The notes under the pieces were generated by a model. It was not told the origin of the DNA and searched no databases. It saw nothing but the letters and a program-made list of their open reading frames with translations. From Candidatus Lokiarchaeum ossiferum (lineage in GTDB: Archaea; Asgardarchaeota; Lokiarchaeia; Sigyniarchaeales; Promethearchaeaceae), in assembly GCA_025839675.1 (NCBI GenBank), contig CP104013.1:2913121-2977120 (forward strand): a stretch of DNA of 64,000 bases, read 5' to 3'. Position 1 is the first letter of the stretch. Every line of letters begins with the position of its first letter. The position numbers and the translations under genes are program-made. Below, in pieces: positions 29,568-39,575 of this stretch.

Positions 29568-31142
29568 TTAATAGGACACCTCCCGTAACCATGAGATATT
29601 ACTTTGATACAAATCTCGAATATCTTCACGTTTAAGCTTTAACATAGCGAGTCGCTCTAATCCTAATCCCCATGCGAGAACTCGAACAGGGTGCTTAATG
29701 CCCCATGCGTACGTAACTTCAGGTCGGAAAATACCCGATCCTCCCATTTCAAGCCATGCACCCAGTTCTTCACTGTATACAGAAACTTCCATGGAAGGTT
29801 CAGTATATGGGAAAAATCCGGGGCGGGTGATCACTTTCTTGAATCCCATCCGGCGATAAAATTCAGTAATTTGACCAATTAGATCACTCAATGAGACATC
29901 TTCAGCAATCACGATGCCATCAATTTGCTGAAATTCAGCTAAGTGGGTGCGATCGACCTTTTCGTTCCGAAATACCCGATCAATACAGAATACTTTGACA
30001 GGCAATTTTTGGTTTTCTAGCCCCACTTTTGCAAGATGACGAATAGTAGTTGCTGTAGTATGGGTGCGTAACAATAATTTTTTTGCTATATCTTCAGACC
30101 AATCATATCCCCACCCAGTAGATCCTGTATCACCTCCATTTTCATGGATATTTTTGATTTGGGACACATATTCCTTTTTAGGGAGGATTCCTTTGTTAGG
30201 TTTTTTAAGATAAAAGGTATCGTGCATTTCTCGAGCGGGATGGCCTTGGGGTTGATATAAACTATCAAAATTGTAAAAAGCTGTTTCGACAATTGGACCC
30301 CGAATTTCTTGAAATCCCATGGAAAAGAACACTTCACGAATTTGATTTTTCACAATCGTCATGGGATGCAACTTACCAACTTGAAAGCGAGGTCCTTCAA
30401 TCCCTACTTCATAATGTTTTAAATTCGCGAGTTTTTCTTTCCATTCACCAGATTTCAGCATATCGGAGGTGATCCTCAATACTTCTTCTTGTACTTCCTC
30501 GATCTCAGAAATTTTGATCTTCAGTCCTTTTTCGGTTAATTGAACAATTCTAACCGTTCCTTTTTCTCGACTAACCATTTTACGCTTGGTTAAGGTTTTG
30601 ACTTCGTTTTGTAATTCTTTTGGTATGGAAGAGAGAGAAAGGGGTGAATCTTTAGTAAATAATTTTAAAAGATGTTCCAAAGAAGATTCTTCAGCAGCCT
30701 CACTGTAAATAAATATTTGATTTGTTCCAGCTGCATCTGAGGTCACTACCCATTTATTTTTTTTCATATTTGTGAGTGCAATAAAGAAGATGTTTTTCTT
30801 AAACCCTAAAATCTTTGCAGCTTCAGCCGCTAACTCATCTAAATTCACTTCTTTTCGGCCATCTTTCACAAATAATTTGAATAGTTGACGTTCGGGTAGT
30901 CCTTTTTCATAATACGAAAGTCCTTCTTTGTTTAATTTTAAGGATATAACTTCACTTTCGGAGAATGTTGCTAACCCATTTTGCTCTAAAGTATATACGG
31001 CGCCCGACATGAGTTTCTCATATCCTAAGTTAAGGTGCTTGCTCAAATCCCATGCTTCCATTGGTTTATTGAGCTTTTGCAACTCCTTAAGCACGTCCAT
31101 ATATTCCGTTTTTAACGCGATTTTCTGACTGGTGGGTGTCAT
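29568..31142 (-). CDS. pheS: phenylalanine-tRNA ligase alpha subunit (archaeal type)
   Basis: 524 aa. Class-II motif 2 'FRNEKVDRTHLAEFQQIDG' and motif 3 'GSGIFRPEV...LAWGLGLERLAMLK'. Confidence 0.9.
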   Translation of the reverse strand: MTPTSQKIALKTEYMDVLKELQKLNKPMEAWDLSKHLNLGYEKLMSGAVYTLEQNGLATFSESEVISLKLNKEGLSYYEKGLPERQLFKLFVKDGRKEVNLDELAAEAAKILGFKKNIFFIALTNMKKNKWVVTSDAAGTNQIFIYSEAAEESSLEHLLKLFTKDSPLSLSSIPKELQNEVKTLTKRKMVSREKGTVRIVQLTEKGLKIKISEIEEVQEEVLRITSDMLKSGEWKEKLANLKHYEVGIEGPRFQVGKLHPMTIVKNQIREVFFSMGFQEIRGPIVETAFYNFDSLYQPQGHPAREMHDTFYLKKPNKGILPKKEYVSQIKNIHENGGDTGSTGWGYDWSEDIAKKLLLRTHTTATTIRHLAKVGLENQKLPVKVFCIDRVFRNEKVDRTHLAEFQQIDGIVIAEDVSLSDLIGQITEFYRRMGFKKVITRPGFFPYTEPSMEVSVYSEELGAWLEMGGSGIFRPEVTYAWGIKHPVRVLAWGLGLERLAMLKLKREDIRDLYQSNISWLREVSY

Positions 31143-31479
31143 GTTATTTCTCCACTACCTTAGTATTTTTTTCTTGATTAATCAAATTTATTGAAAATAT
31201 GGAAATCCACCATCATTACTGGTAGGAATGAGTTATGAGAATAGACACTGATTTCAATTATAAATGAAGATTGCAATTCATGAAATCCAAAAGATAAGTG
31301 CCATTTTTCTTACTATCTATTTGGGGATCCTAGTGAAAGGATACCAAGATTTATACTGAATTAAATAATTTGAAAGTTTTTCATGGTTAGAGAAGGAGTT
31401 TTAAATCAATTTGGAAAAAATTGAAAAAAATCTTTTTTTTATGCACTTTTCTTTAAATCTCTTTTTGAGGTAAATCAGT

Positions 31480-31917
31480 TCAAAGAACCACATTAGAATT
31501 CTCTCCATACTCAATTTTGCTGAGAATTTCCTTGTCTTCAATTTTTTCCACCCATTGAGCTTTCTGCACCTTTGCTTTCTGAGATTCAATTGGGGGTCGA
31601 TAAAAGAACATATAATACCCGATGAATATAAAGACTAATCCACCAATAGATAGGAAAATTCCTCCCATTTCAATAAATGAAATCCCTAGAAAAAAGAAAA
31701 CTAATGATACAAGTATAAAAATTATCCCAAATATTTTCCATACTAAAGGGCGTGGGGCAATGAACGAATCATAGAAACAAGGTGCACATAACATTTCTGA
31801 ATACCTTGTGGAAATTTCTTTCTTTCTTTTACATTCCACACATACTAAAGAATGGCAATTCTCACATGTTTCAACCGCTATCCTGTCGGGGTGAAATTTA
31901 CATTTTGGATCTGACAT
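31480..31917 (-). CDS. B-box/zinc-ribbon-like Cys-His protein with two C-terminal TM helices
   Basis: 145 aa. 'CKFHPDRIAVETCENCHSLVCVECKRKK...CAPC' (C-x2-H-x7-C-x2-CH-x3-C-x2-C ... C-x2-C), followed by two hydrophobic helices. Confidence 0.5.
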   Translation of the reverse strand: MSDPKCKFHPDRIAVETCENCHSLVCVECKRKKEISTRYSEMLCAPCFYDSFIAPRPLVWKIFGIIFILVSLVFFFLGISFIEMGGIFLSIGGLVFIFIGYYMFFYRPPIESQKAKVQKAQWVEKIEDKEILSKIEYGENSNVVL

Positions 31918-32043
31918 GAATATAATCCCTAGTCTTCTTAAAATTTATAAATTCATTGGTAACACCTTTTTTTCGACTTGCATTGCTTTCACTTATCATC
32001 CAATTGGATTATTTTGGGTATTACTTAGAATTATTTTTACGAT

Positions 32044-32421
32044 TCAACTCTTTTGAGGATATCGATCACATTGCTCAAAAAACGTAATATCCGCATATCC
32101 AGCATATATTCTACCGGAATGAATAACATCCTTAGGAATATAATATCTATCCCCCTTGATAAAAGTATATTTCTTTTCTCCAATTGTGAGTTCAATGGTT
32201 CCTTCCAGAACAAAACCAACTTGAGCAGCATGGGAATGGGCAGGTAAATCTACATCCTTGCTAAACTCCATAAAAATAATTTGATGTGTGGACGATTGAG
32301 ACAAATACGCAGATATTCCACTTATTGGGATGTCTGCCTTGGGAAGATTCAAAATTGGTTCTGGAAAAATACCAAGAGGAAGTACGTTTCTCTCATCAGC
32401 GGTTTGTAATTCATTATCCAT
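32044..32421 (-). CDS. cupin-domain protein
   Basis: 125 aa. 'HSHAAQVGFVLEGTIELTIGEKKYTFIKGDRYYIPKDVIHSG' has the two-His cupin motifs (H.H...G ... G....P....H). Confidence 0.6.
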   Translation of the reverse strand: MDNELQTADERNVLPLGIFPEPILNLPKADIPISGISAYLSQSSTHQIIFMEFSKDVDLPAHSHAAQVGFVLEGTIELTIGEKKYTFIKGDRYYIPKDVIHSGRIYAGYADITFFEQCDRYPQKS

Positions 32422-32567
32422 ATTTGATAACTTTTTTTGTAGTTAATCAAATTTGTTAAAATAGAAAACATCCCCAGTTCCAACGCAAATGGATTCCTTT
32501 TTAATTTTTCTATTGATAATTTTTGGCTTAAACATCCTTTATAATCTTTGAAAGATAGCGAGGCTTA

Positions 32568-33434
32568 GTGTTCAAGAAAATGGCATCAGAATTAAATAAA
32601 AAAAATAAAAAAAAAATGAGCCCAATTTCGTTGTTCTTCCTGCTCAGTTATACTCTCTTTTGGGGATATTTAGTTGTTGCATTTGCAATTATTACGATCC
32701 TTTCTTTAGATCCGGCGAATCTTCCGGTTTTTGCCGCAGAAATGTTAGGCATTGTCGGATCATATGCTCCAAGCGTCGCGGCTATCATAGTATTGCTTCA
32801 ATATAATGATAAACAGGCAATAAAAGCGCTATTGAAACAATATATAAACTTCAAGGCTTCGTGGAAGTTATACTTACTGGGATTATTACCAATAGTTGTG
32901 GCATTCATCAGTGCATTAATTGGGAGAATTTTCATTTCTAATCCACCTGAAATCGTAATGTTATCCTCATTTGCTCCCGCCATCTTTGTTACTCTGTTGC
33001 TCGATGTTGCTAAGGGTCCTATTGGTGAGCAAGCAGGTTGGCGTGGCTTCGGATATGCAAAATTAATGGAAAAGCAAAGTTTCTTGAAAACTGGTTTGAT
33101 AATTGGTTTTTTCTGGGCTTTTTGGCACGCACCTCTATGGTTGATGAATGCCTGGTCCATCGGAGAGGTTCTTGGTTTTATCCTTACCGCGGTTGCTACA
33201 ACACTCTTCATGAATTGGATGCGGTTTAAAAACCAAAAATCGTTGATACCTGTGGTGCTGTTTCATTTATCCATGAATTTTGGCTTGCAATTGGTGACCG
33301 ATATTGGGTTCAACTTGATTTCTTTGCGTGTTTTGCTTCCGATATACGGAGTAGTGTTTGTTATTTTGGCAACATTATTCTACGCATCAAATAAATCTCA
33401 GCTAATTAACTCTTCTCATTCAAAAATTGAGTAA
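32568..33434 (+). CDS. CPBP-family intramembrane metalloprotease (CAAX protease / Abi-like)
   Basis: 288 aa, polytopic. Motif 1 'GPIGEQAGWRGFG' (EExxxR-like) and motif 2 'FWAFWHAP' (FxxxH), then 'VLFHLSMN' (HxxxN). Confidence 0.7.
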   Translation: MFKKMASELNKKNKKKMSPISLFFLLSYTLFWGYLVVAFAIITILSLDPANLPVFAAEMLGIVGSYAPSVAAIIVLLQYNDKQAIKALLKQYINFKASWKLYLLGLLPIVVAFISALIGRIFISNPPEIVMLSSFAPAIFVTLLLDVAKGPIGEQAGWRGFGYAKLMEKQSFLKTGLIIGFFWAFWHAPLWLMNAWSIGEVLGFILTAVATTLFMNWMRFKNQKSLIPVVLFHLSMNFGLQLVTDIGFNLISLRVLLPIYGVVFVILATLFYASNKSQLINSSHSKIE

Positions 33435-33566
33435 TTCAATCTTTTTTTCTTCTTGTATCCTTTTCACTTAATAACTCCAGAGCAGAAGAACTCAAGGAAT
33501 GCGATATAAATTAAAAAGCAAAAGGGTTTTCTTGAAGAAAATTGCTTCTGTTATGGAAAAGAAATG

Positions 33567-33652
33567 GTGTAGGAGGGGGGATTCGAACCCTCGATGAGCT
33601 ACCTCACTAGCGCCTCAGGCTAGCGCCGTGGACCATGCTTGGCTACCCCTAC
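33567..33652 (-). tRNA. tRNA-Leu (anticodon GAG), CCA encoded
   Basis: Reverse complement folds as a class-II tRNA: acceptor GTAGGGG/CTCCTAC, anticodon stem CTAGC/GCTAG with loop CTGAGGC (anticodon GAG), 14-nt variable arm, T-arm GAGGG-TTCGAAT-CCCCC, discriminator A, then ACCA. Confidence 0.75.
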
Positions 33653-34480
33653 AGAAAAGATAGTATTACTATTAAAAATATAGCATAATAAAAAAAACTT
33701 TTGATACTAGTAATTCCCATTAAATTTCGAAGGTGCATAGATTTCGTGGGTTGAAGAATTGGACTCATAATCAGAGTATTTGGACTAAGCATGAAGGTTC
33801 ATTGTAAAAATTGGAAACAAAGAAAAAAAAACTCAACTCGTCTTGTTTGAAAAAAATGTATTTCTAATTGATCTAATCATAGCAGCGATCAAGTCGAACA
33901 GGATGATTTTGGGGGACATAACCATAGGAACTATTATAAAATGTTTTTAACCCAGCTTGTAATTCATTAACACAGTTTGTGTGGTCTTCATTTGAGAATG
34001 TTTTTCGTTTAAAGAATTTCATAATTAGACATAGCTAACAAATAGATATTAAACTTATTCTTATAAAAAAAAAAGATACTACTAGAACGCAATTATGGAA
34101 ACCAACCAAAAAAGGATAGAGTAAAAATTACACTTATAAATTTAATGTGGAAAATTCAAATTTCGATTTGTGTATCTTCAAAATTTTCATAAATTTTCAG
34201 TGGAATTCATTACATGCTAGAAAATCTTGTCAAATTGTCGTAATTGTCACAATATCAAATATTTCAAAAGATTTACACCTAATAGAATGATTTAACTTGA
34301 TTTCGTGATTAAAAAGTAGGGTTTTTAACCTTAAAACCATATTTAAAGGATAAATGAACCACATATTTTTGGAATAGTTCATAACTTTTAACTATCGTGA
34401 AGTAGCATCTTTATTTTGAGATAAATTAGAAGTCTACCCAAGCTGCACCACATTATACTCGAAAATCAATTAATTAAAAA

Positions 34481-36430
34481 TTAGATATTTCGTTCTTTTT
34501 TCTCTAATTTTTCTGTCGTTGTGGTTTTTTTAACCCCAGATAATTTTTGGATCTCAATTTCTTGGAGAAGCAATGCCAAACTGTAGATGATGTAGATAAT
34601 CCCGATGATGATCATTAATCCAACAACAAGGTTTTGCAATAATTCCGCAGAATCGTCAGGGAAGTATTGGGACCCAACATATAATAGATCAAAGCCAATA
34701 AATAGTGAGAATAAAAGAAATATCAATCCAAGTGATAAAACAATACCGAATAAACCATATTTGAGTTTTCGTGATAATAATTCACCGCGTTCGGAATGAC
34801 GAGTAATTCCACCAACAATAACAGTCCCCCCTTCTTGTTTTAGAATTTTCAAAATCCAACTGCGAATTGGGACAACATCAAAAATAAGGGAGAAAATAGC
34901 AATGATGGCCAAGATATTAAAAATATTGGATATTTCTAATCCGGTTTCGGCTCCTAATCGAATATCGATTTTTAATAATTTTAAAACTAAAACAAAAAGC
35001 AAGCTAATTCCCATTTTGCTGCCATAAAGCATAAGTAGTAATCGATCTCGGCGAGCTATTTGGAATAAATAATAGATTCCTCCCACAACAATTGTTATAA
35101 CCCCAAATATTATTCCCAAAGTACTTTGTACTGTTGAAAACATTGAAAAAATCAAAATAAGACTGGTGATAATGCTCAAAATGGGAATAAAGGGATAGAG
35201 AGGAACTTTCCAAGGGCGAATTAAATTCGGGCGGGATTTACGCAATATAATTACTGCGAGGGAAAGAAAAATCATTGAAAACAAAAAGATGAAGTTACTC
35301 GCTTCTGTTATCAAACTAATATCCATACTCAGGGTAAAAACAAACATCAAAACCCCGGAAATAGTCATGGCAACCCATTGAACACCATTTTTTTTTTTTT
35401 GTACAATGTTGTGAATGAAACCATCCCGAGACATGGAATGTAGGATGTGGGTGGACATTTGAATACCTGCATTTATGGAGGTAATAGTTGCTACCATTCC
35501 AATAAATCCCATAAAATAGATACCGAAATCATTGTTCAGTATTCTGCCAAACATATCAGCTAAAGGAACTTTGGATTCAGATTGAATAACGGCATTCCAA
35601 GATGGTGAATTTACTTCACCTAAATTGAGAAGAGTGACTAATCCTACCATCCAATAAATAAAAATGGCAATTAGAATCGAAAAAATGAAGGTCCGAGGAA
35701 TATTTTTCCGAGGTTTTTTAATCTGATCGAAAGCATTGGTTAAGGATTCAAATGTACTGTTCCACTCATAAACACAATATATGACGAAAGTGTAGCCCGT
35801 CATAGATAAAACTTCTCCAAAAGTAAATGGTTCGGATAAAATCTTACCAGAAAAATCTGTATGTTCTATTTGACTTCCCACAATTAATCCAATGACAATA
35901 TAGATAAGAAATCCTCCTAAGATGATCCAAGTTGCAATTTTCATGGCTTTATTTAAGGGAATAGGTTTTTTCAAGTTTAGAATGAGGAAAACAATGATGA
36001 TTGATGCACCAATAATATTGATCAGATTCGGATTAATTATGCGGTTAGGGAGAAAAACTTCTAAGGATAATGCAAATCCAAGACCAGATAGGGCAGCAAA
36101 TAATAAGTTTCCGATCCAAATTAGCCACCCGATGAGATATCCTTGCCCCCCCCCGATAGCTTCTTTGGAAAAACTATAACTTCCACCTTCAATGGGAAGG
36201 GAAAGAGCTAATTCAGAGTAAATGAGAACGAAGCCCAACATTAATAAGCCATTTAAAATGAGGGAAATAAGCATTCCACCCTTCGCGGTCATAATAACCG
36301 TTCCTATAATTGCAAATATAGGCCCCCCGATGGTCCCTCCTAAACCTTTACTTAGAAGCTGGCGTAACCCAATTGATTTTTTTGGTTCCTCAAATTCTTC
36401 ATCGTCGGTTTGATCGATTTCGCTTCCCAT
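34481..36430 (-). CDS. APC-superfamily amino-acid permease with extra C-terminal TM extension
   Basis: 649 aa, more than 12 TM helices. A Gly-rich N-terminal helix 'LGGTIGGPIFAIIGTVI' is typical of APC transporters. There is an additional roughly 170-aa hydrophobic C-terminal extension. Confidence 0.75.
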   Translation of the reverse strand: MGSEIDQTDDEEFEEPKKSIGLRQLLSKGLGGTIGGPIFAIIGTVIMTAKGGMLISLILNGLLMLGFVLIYSELALSLPIEGGSYSFSKEAIGGGQGYLIGWLIWIGNLLFAALSGLGFALSLEVFLPNRIINPNLINIIGASIIIVFLILNLKKPIPLNKAMKIATWIILGGFLIYIVIGLIVGSQIEHTDFSGKILSEPFTFGEVLSMTGYTFVIYCVYEWNSTFESLTNAFDQIKKPRKNIPRTFIFSILIAIFIYWMVGLVTLLNLGEVNSPSWNAVIQSESKVPLADMFGRILNNDFGIYFMGFIGMVATITSINAGIQMSTHILHSMSRDGFIHNIVQKKKNGVQWVAMTISGVLMFVFTLSMDISLITEASNFIFLFSMIFLSLAVIILRKSRPNLIRPWKVPLYPFIPILSIITSLILIFSMFSTVQSTLGIIFGVITIVVGGIYYLFQIARRDRLLLMLYGSKMGISLLFVLVLKLLKIDIRLGAETGLEISNIFNILAIIAIFSLIFDVVPIRSWILKILKQEGGTVIVGGITRHSERGELLSRKLKYGLFGIVLSLGLIFLLFSLFIGFDLLYVGSQYFPDDSAELLQNLVVGLMIIIGIIYIIYSLALLLQEIEIQKLSGVKKTTTTEKLEKKERNI

Positions 36431-36549
36431 GGTTATCCCTAAATATCTAAAGGTGGAACTTAGATATGATTATTATTGATCTTCTCTTACTATATAATTT
36501 TCGGCAATCAGCAAAAAATCTTTAACGATGAAATTTCAAGTAAATACAT

Positions 36550-37038
36550 ATGGCAAAGAAAGATGGATTTGAGGAAGAAAGTAAAGATATGATGGATGAT
36601 GAGTTACTTGATGACATCCCCGATGATATTTTATTAAATGAAGATTTGGATGATCCTTTGTTAGCAGAAGCAGAAGCCTTATTGGGAATTGCCAAGCCAG
36701 GATCGAAACCAAAAAAAAACCTCACTCCGAAAAAAACTGAAGAGGATAAGAAATCGATTCAAACAGAACCCAAAATCTTGAAAAAAGCAGTTATAAGCAA
36801 GCAAACTATGAAAGAATTTACCATTTTTATTCTGAAAAAAGCAAAAATCTATGAAGAGATTGCTTTTGAAACGATTCTCCGAAAATTAAATCCAGCCTGG
36901 AATTTTACGGAACCAGTTCTCATTGATGTGTTAGAAGCGATTATCGAATCCAATACCGTGACGGCTATAAAGATGAAAATGACGGCAAATTCTCTAAAAT
37001 TTTATTCCGCCACCCATCCGAAAGATAAAAAGATCTAA
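36550..37038 (+). CDS. acidic/lysine-rich low-complexity protein with C-terminal winged-helix-like segment
   Basis: 162 aa. The first roughly 50 aa are D/E-rich ('DDELLDDIPDDILLNEDLDDPLL'), then a K-rich stretch, then a helical C-terminus. Confidence 0.45.
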   Translation: MAKKDGFEEESKDMMDDELLDDIPDDILLNEDLDDPLLAEAEALLGIAKPGSKPKKNLTPKKTEEDKKSIQTEPKILKKAVISKQTMKEFTIFILKKAKIYEEIAFETILRKLNPAWNFTEPVLIDVLEAIIESNTVTAIKMKMTANSLKFYSATHPKDKKI

Positions 37039-37152
37039 GGGTAGAGTTTATGATCTATAATTTTTTAAGATAATATTTCGCTTTTAGATAAGGAAAATTG
37101 TTATATGGGGATACGAACAATCAAAATATAATATTAATCGAGTTGAAAACTA

Positions 37153-37665
37153 ATGGCAATGCTACACGACGAAGAACACATTTGTAAACACTGTAATAAA
37201 AAAACCCCCCACATTCACCACTGCACTCCGGTTGAAGAAGCAAAACGATATACTTGCGGTTTTTGCGGGACTGAAAACATAAATCACCGCCACATGTGCA
37301 AGGAAAAATTAAATAACATCAAATTTTATTGTGCTAATTGTGGAGCGGTGGGAGTAGAAGAAACGGACATCTGTAATCCTGTGCCAATTGATGCAGAACA
37401 ACGAGAACAATGGGATAAAGTGGCATCAAAAACAGATACAGAAGTATTGGATTCTTGCCGAATTTGTGGTCAACCAGTTTCACCACCCGGTCATTTCTGT
37501 GATCCGAAATATCCGTATGTTTGCGAATATTGTGGTGTAAAAGTCGAGACGGGACACCATTTTTGTAAAGAAAAAGTAGGTAATTGTAAATATGACTGCA
37601 AAACTTGTGGTCGGATCGCTATTAAAGCGACAGATGTATGTGCTCCCTTTAAATTTAGAGATTAA
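37153..37665 (+). CDS. Cys-rich tandem-repeat protein (six C-x2-C-G-x7-[H/D]-x-C-x-[P/E] modules)
   Basis: 170 aa containing CKHCNKKTPHIHHCTP, CGFCGTENINHRHMCKE, CANCGAVGVEETDICNP, CRICGQPVSPPGHFCDP, CEYCGVKVETGHHFCKE and CKTCGRIAIKATDVCAP. Confidence 0.6.
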   Translation: MAMLHDEEHICKHCNKKTPHIHHCTPVEEAKRYTCGFCGTENINHRHMCKEKLNNIKFYCANCGAVGVEETDICNPVPIDAEQREQWDKVASKTDTEVLDSCRICGQPVSPPGHFCDPKYPYVCEYCGVKVETGHHFCKEKVGNCKYDCKTCGRIAIKATDVCAPFKFRD

Positions 37666-37879
37666 TTGGAAAACGATCTCCCTTTTTTTCATCCTTTTCT
37701 CTAGCTGGAAACCTTTATATATTTGAAGTATACTAATAAAATTACGCAATAAGATACGGCTCTAGCTCAAGTACCACGGAATTTCCAAATTCTTAATTCC
37801 AGAAATGTTGAAAATTCAGCCTACTCCTCCCCGTAGTCTATGCGATTTTACCATAAATTATTTCGAGTTGAACTTATAA

Positions 37880-39397
37880 ATGGACAATATGTTGATACTA
37901 CAAATTATCATAGGGATTTGTTTCACAGGAATTGTAGTGACATTATTTTTAGAAAGTAAAGACTACCTTACCTACAGCTTATTGTTTTTGTTCATTATTG
38001 GTATCAGCTCATACTTTTTAAACAAGGATTTGTTTACAGATCCTGATATTGCAGATAACATTATTTTAGCAATTGATTGGAATGTGATTGTTTTTTTAGT
38101 CTGTCTGTTTTCCATTGTGGAAATTCTAAATGATCAAAAAGTATTTCATGAAATTGCATTGAAAATAGTTAATCGATTTCACAATCACCCAAGAAAGATG
38201 TTCTATGCTTTGAGTATTACCTCTACCTTTATAGCCACAATAATTGAGGATCTTAGTGTTGCGATTGTCTTTGTTCCGATAGTCATCGAAGCATGCAAAA
38301 AAATGCGAATTGATCCAACACCATATTTATTTGGAGTGACAATTTGTATCAATCTGGCGAGCACTTTAACACCGTTTGGTTCCGCAGAAAATATAATCAT
38401 TGCCAACCATTTTGGGTTATCCCTTCATTGGCATCTTATATATTTAGGGATATATTTTCTCGTAGGATTAGCGATTACTCTATTCTTTTTGGATATCTTT
38501 GTCTTGAAAGGTTATATAAAAAATTTTGAATATTCACAGAAAAGTGCGATTCCAGGATATTTTGATCCAAATGAAGATGTGGGAATGTCAGAGGTTCATG
38601 AAAACCCTCCAATGATCGATAAAATGTTGCATCGAGCTACACTACAGGACATAAAATTCAAATATCTGCAAGAAGGTCCTAAAGGAGGTGTTTTACAACA
38701 AGCGGAACTCATTCAAATTCCAGAAAGTGCTCATATTCTGGATATCAAAATTGAAAAAAGTGTTTTTCGCAAAAATATTGTTGGTTTGCTCATTTTTGTA
38801 GTGGTACTTGTCACAATCTCCAATATTATAATAGCTGGTGTGTTAGGACTTTTGTTGTTTTTATTTCTCAATCCTGTTGAAATTTTCCCCGGTAAACGTC
38901 CTGAGCCTTCTGTGTCAACCTATCTTCATAAAATTGATGCAAAACTCATATACTTCTTTATAATTTTATTCTTAACGGTATTTTTTATGGGAAAAGCGGG
39001 ATTAACAAATATTATTGAAAATTTGGTCGAATCTGTATCACATCACAATACTTTCGTACTCGCTATCGGGTTATTGATAATAACATCCCTGCTTTCAGGG
39101 TTGCTTGATGATGCACCAATCACCATTTTATTTTTACCAATAATTCAAGACCTAATCAACACGGGATTGTACTCTGATAATGCATTATTTATTGCTTTTA
39201 CCTTAGGGATTAATTTAGGCGGAAATTTCTTACCCCAAGGAGCAGCTTGTGATATGATGACTTTAGAATTGGCGAGAAAGAACGGTGTAGAAAATTTCAC
39301 TTATAAAAGTCTAACTATTGTGGGTGGATTATTTGCATTACTCCATATTCTCTTGGGAATCGGCTATATCTATATCTTTACGGAATTAATTATTTAA
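37880..39397 (+). CDS. ArsB/NhaD/CitMHS-superfamily permease (paralog of 25361..26698)
   Basis: 505 aa. Shares 'NLASTLTPFGSAENIIIAN' and 'GINLGGNFLPQGAACDMMTLEL' with the first copy, and has a roughly 70-aa hydrophilic central loop inserted. Confidence 0.7.
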   Translation: MDNMLILQIIIGICFTGIVVTLFLESKDYLTYSLLFLFIIGISSYFLNKDLFTDPDIADNIILAIDWNVIVFLVCLFSIVEILNDQKVFHEIALKIVNRFHNHPRKMFYALSITSTFIATIIEDLSVAIVFVPIVIEACKKMRIDPTPYLFGVTICINLASTLTPFGSAENIIIANHFGLSLHWHLIYLGIYFLVGLAITLFFLDIFVLKGYIKNFEYSQKSAIPGYFDPNEDVGMSEVHENPPMIDKMLHRATLQDIKFKYLQEGPKGGVLQQAELIQIPESAHILDIKIEKSVFRKNIVGLLIFVVVLVTISNIIIAGVLGLLLFLFLNPVEIFPGKRPEPSVSTYLHKIDAKLIYFFIILFLTVFFMGKAGLTNIIENLVESVSHHNTFVLAIGLLIITSLLSGLLDDAPITILFLPIIQDLINTGLYSDNALFIAFTLGINLGGNFLPQGAACDMMTLELARKNGVENFTYKSLTIVGGLFALLHILLGIGYIYIFTELII

Positions 39398-39575
39398 TAT
39401 TATAATCTTTAGAGATATTGCCTCAAAAATATATTGGAGTAAATTTTAAACCCTAATGCATAGATGAGAAACGATTTTTAGGCTCAGATACCCTGAGTAG
39501 TTATCTTCATTCGAGGTTTCTTTCGAGGTTTCGTCGGACTTCCTTCGATATGTATCATCATCGCCATAATGGTAA

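Noticed and set aside
25361-39397. The two ArsB/NhaD-family permease paralogs (25361..26698, 37880..39397) as a duplicated cassette or part of an ars operon
   Set aside because: There is no ArsR/ArsC/ArsA nearby and the intervening genes are unrelated. These are simple paralogs of a transporter family, and substrate cannot be inferred from sequence alone.
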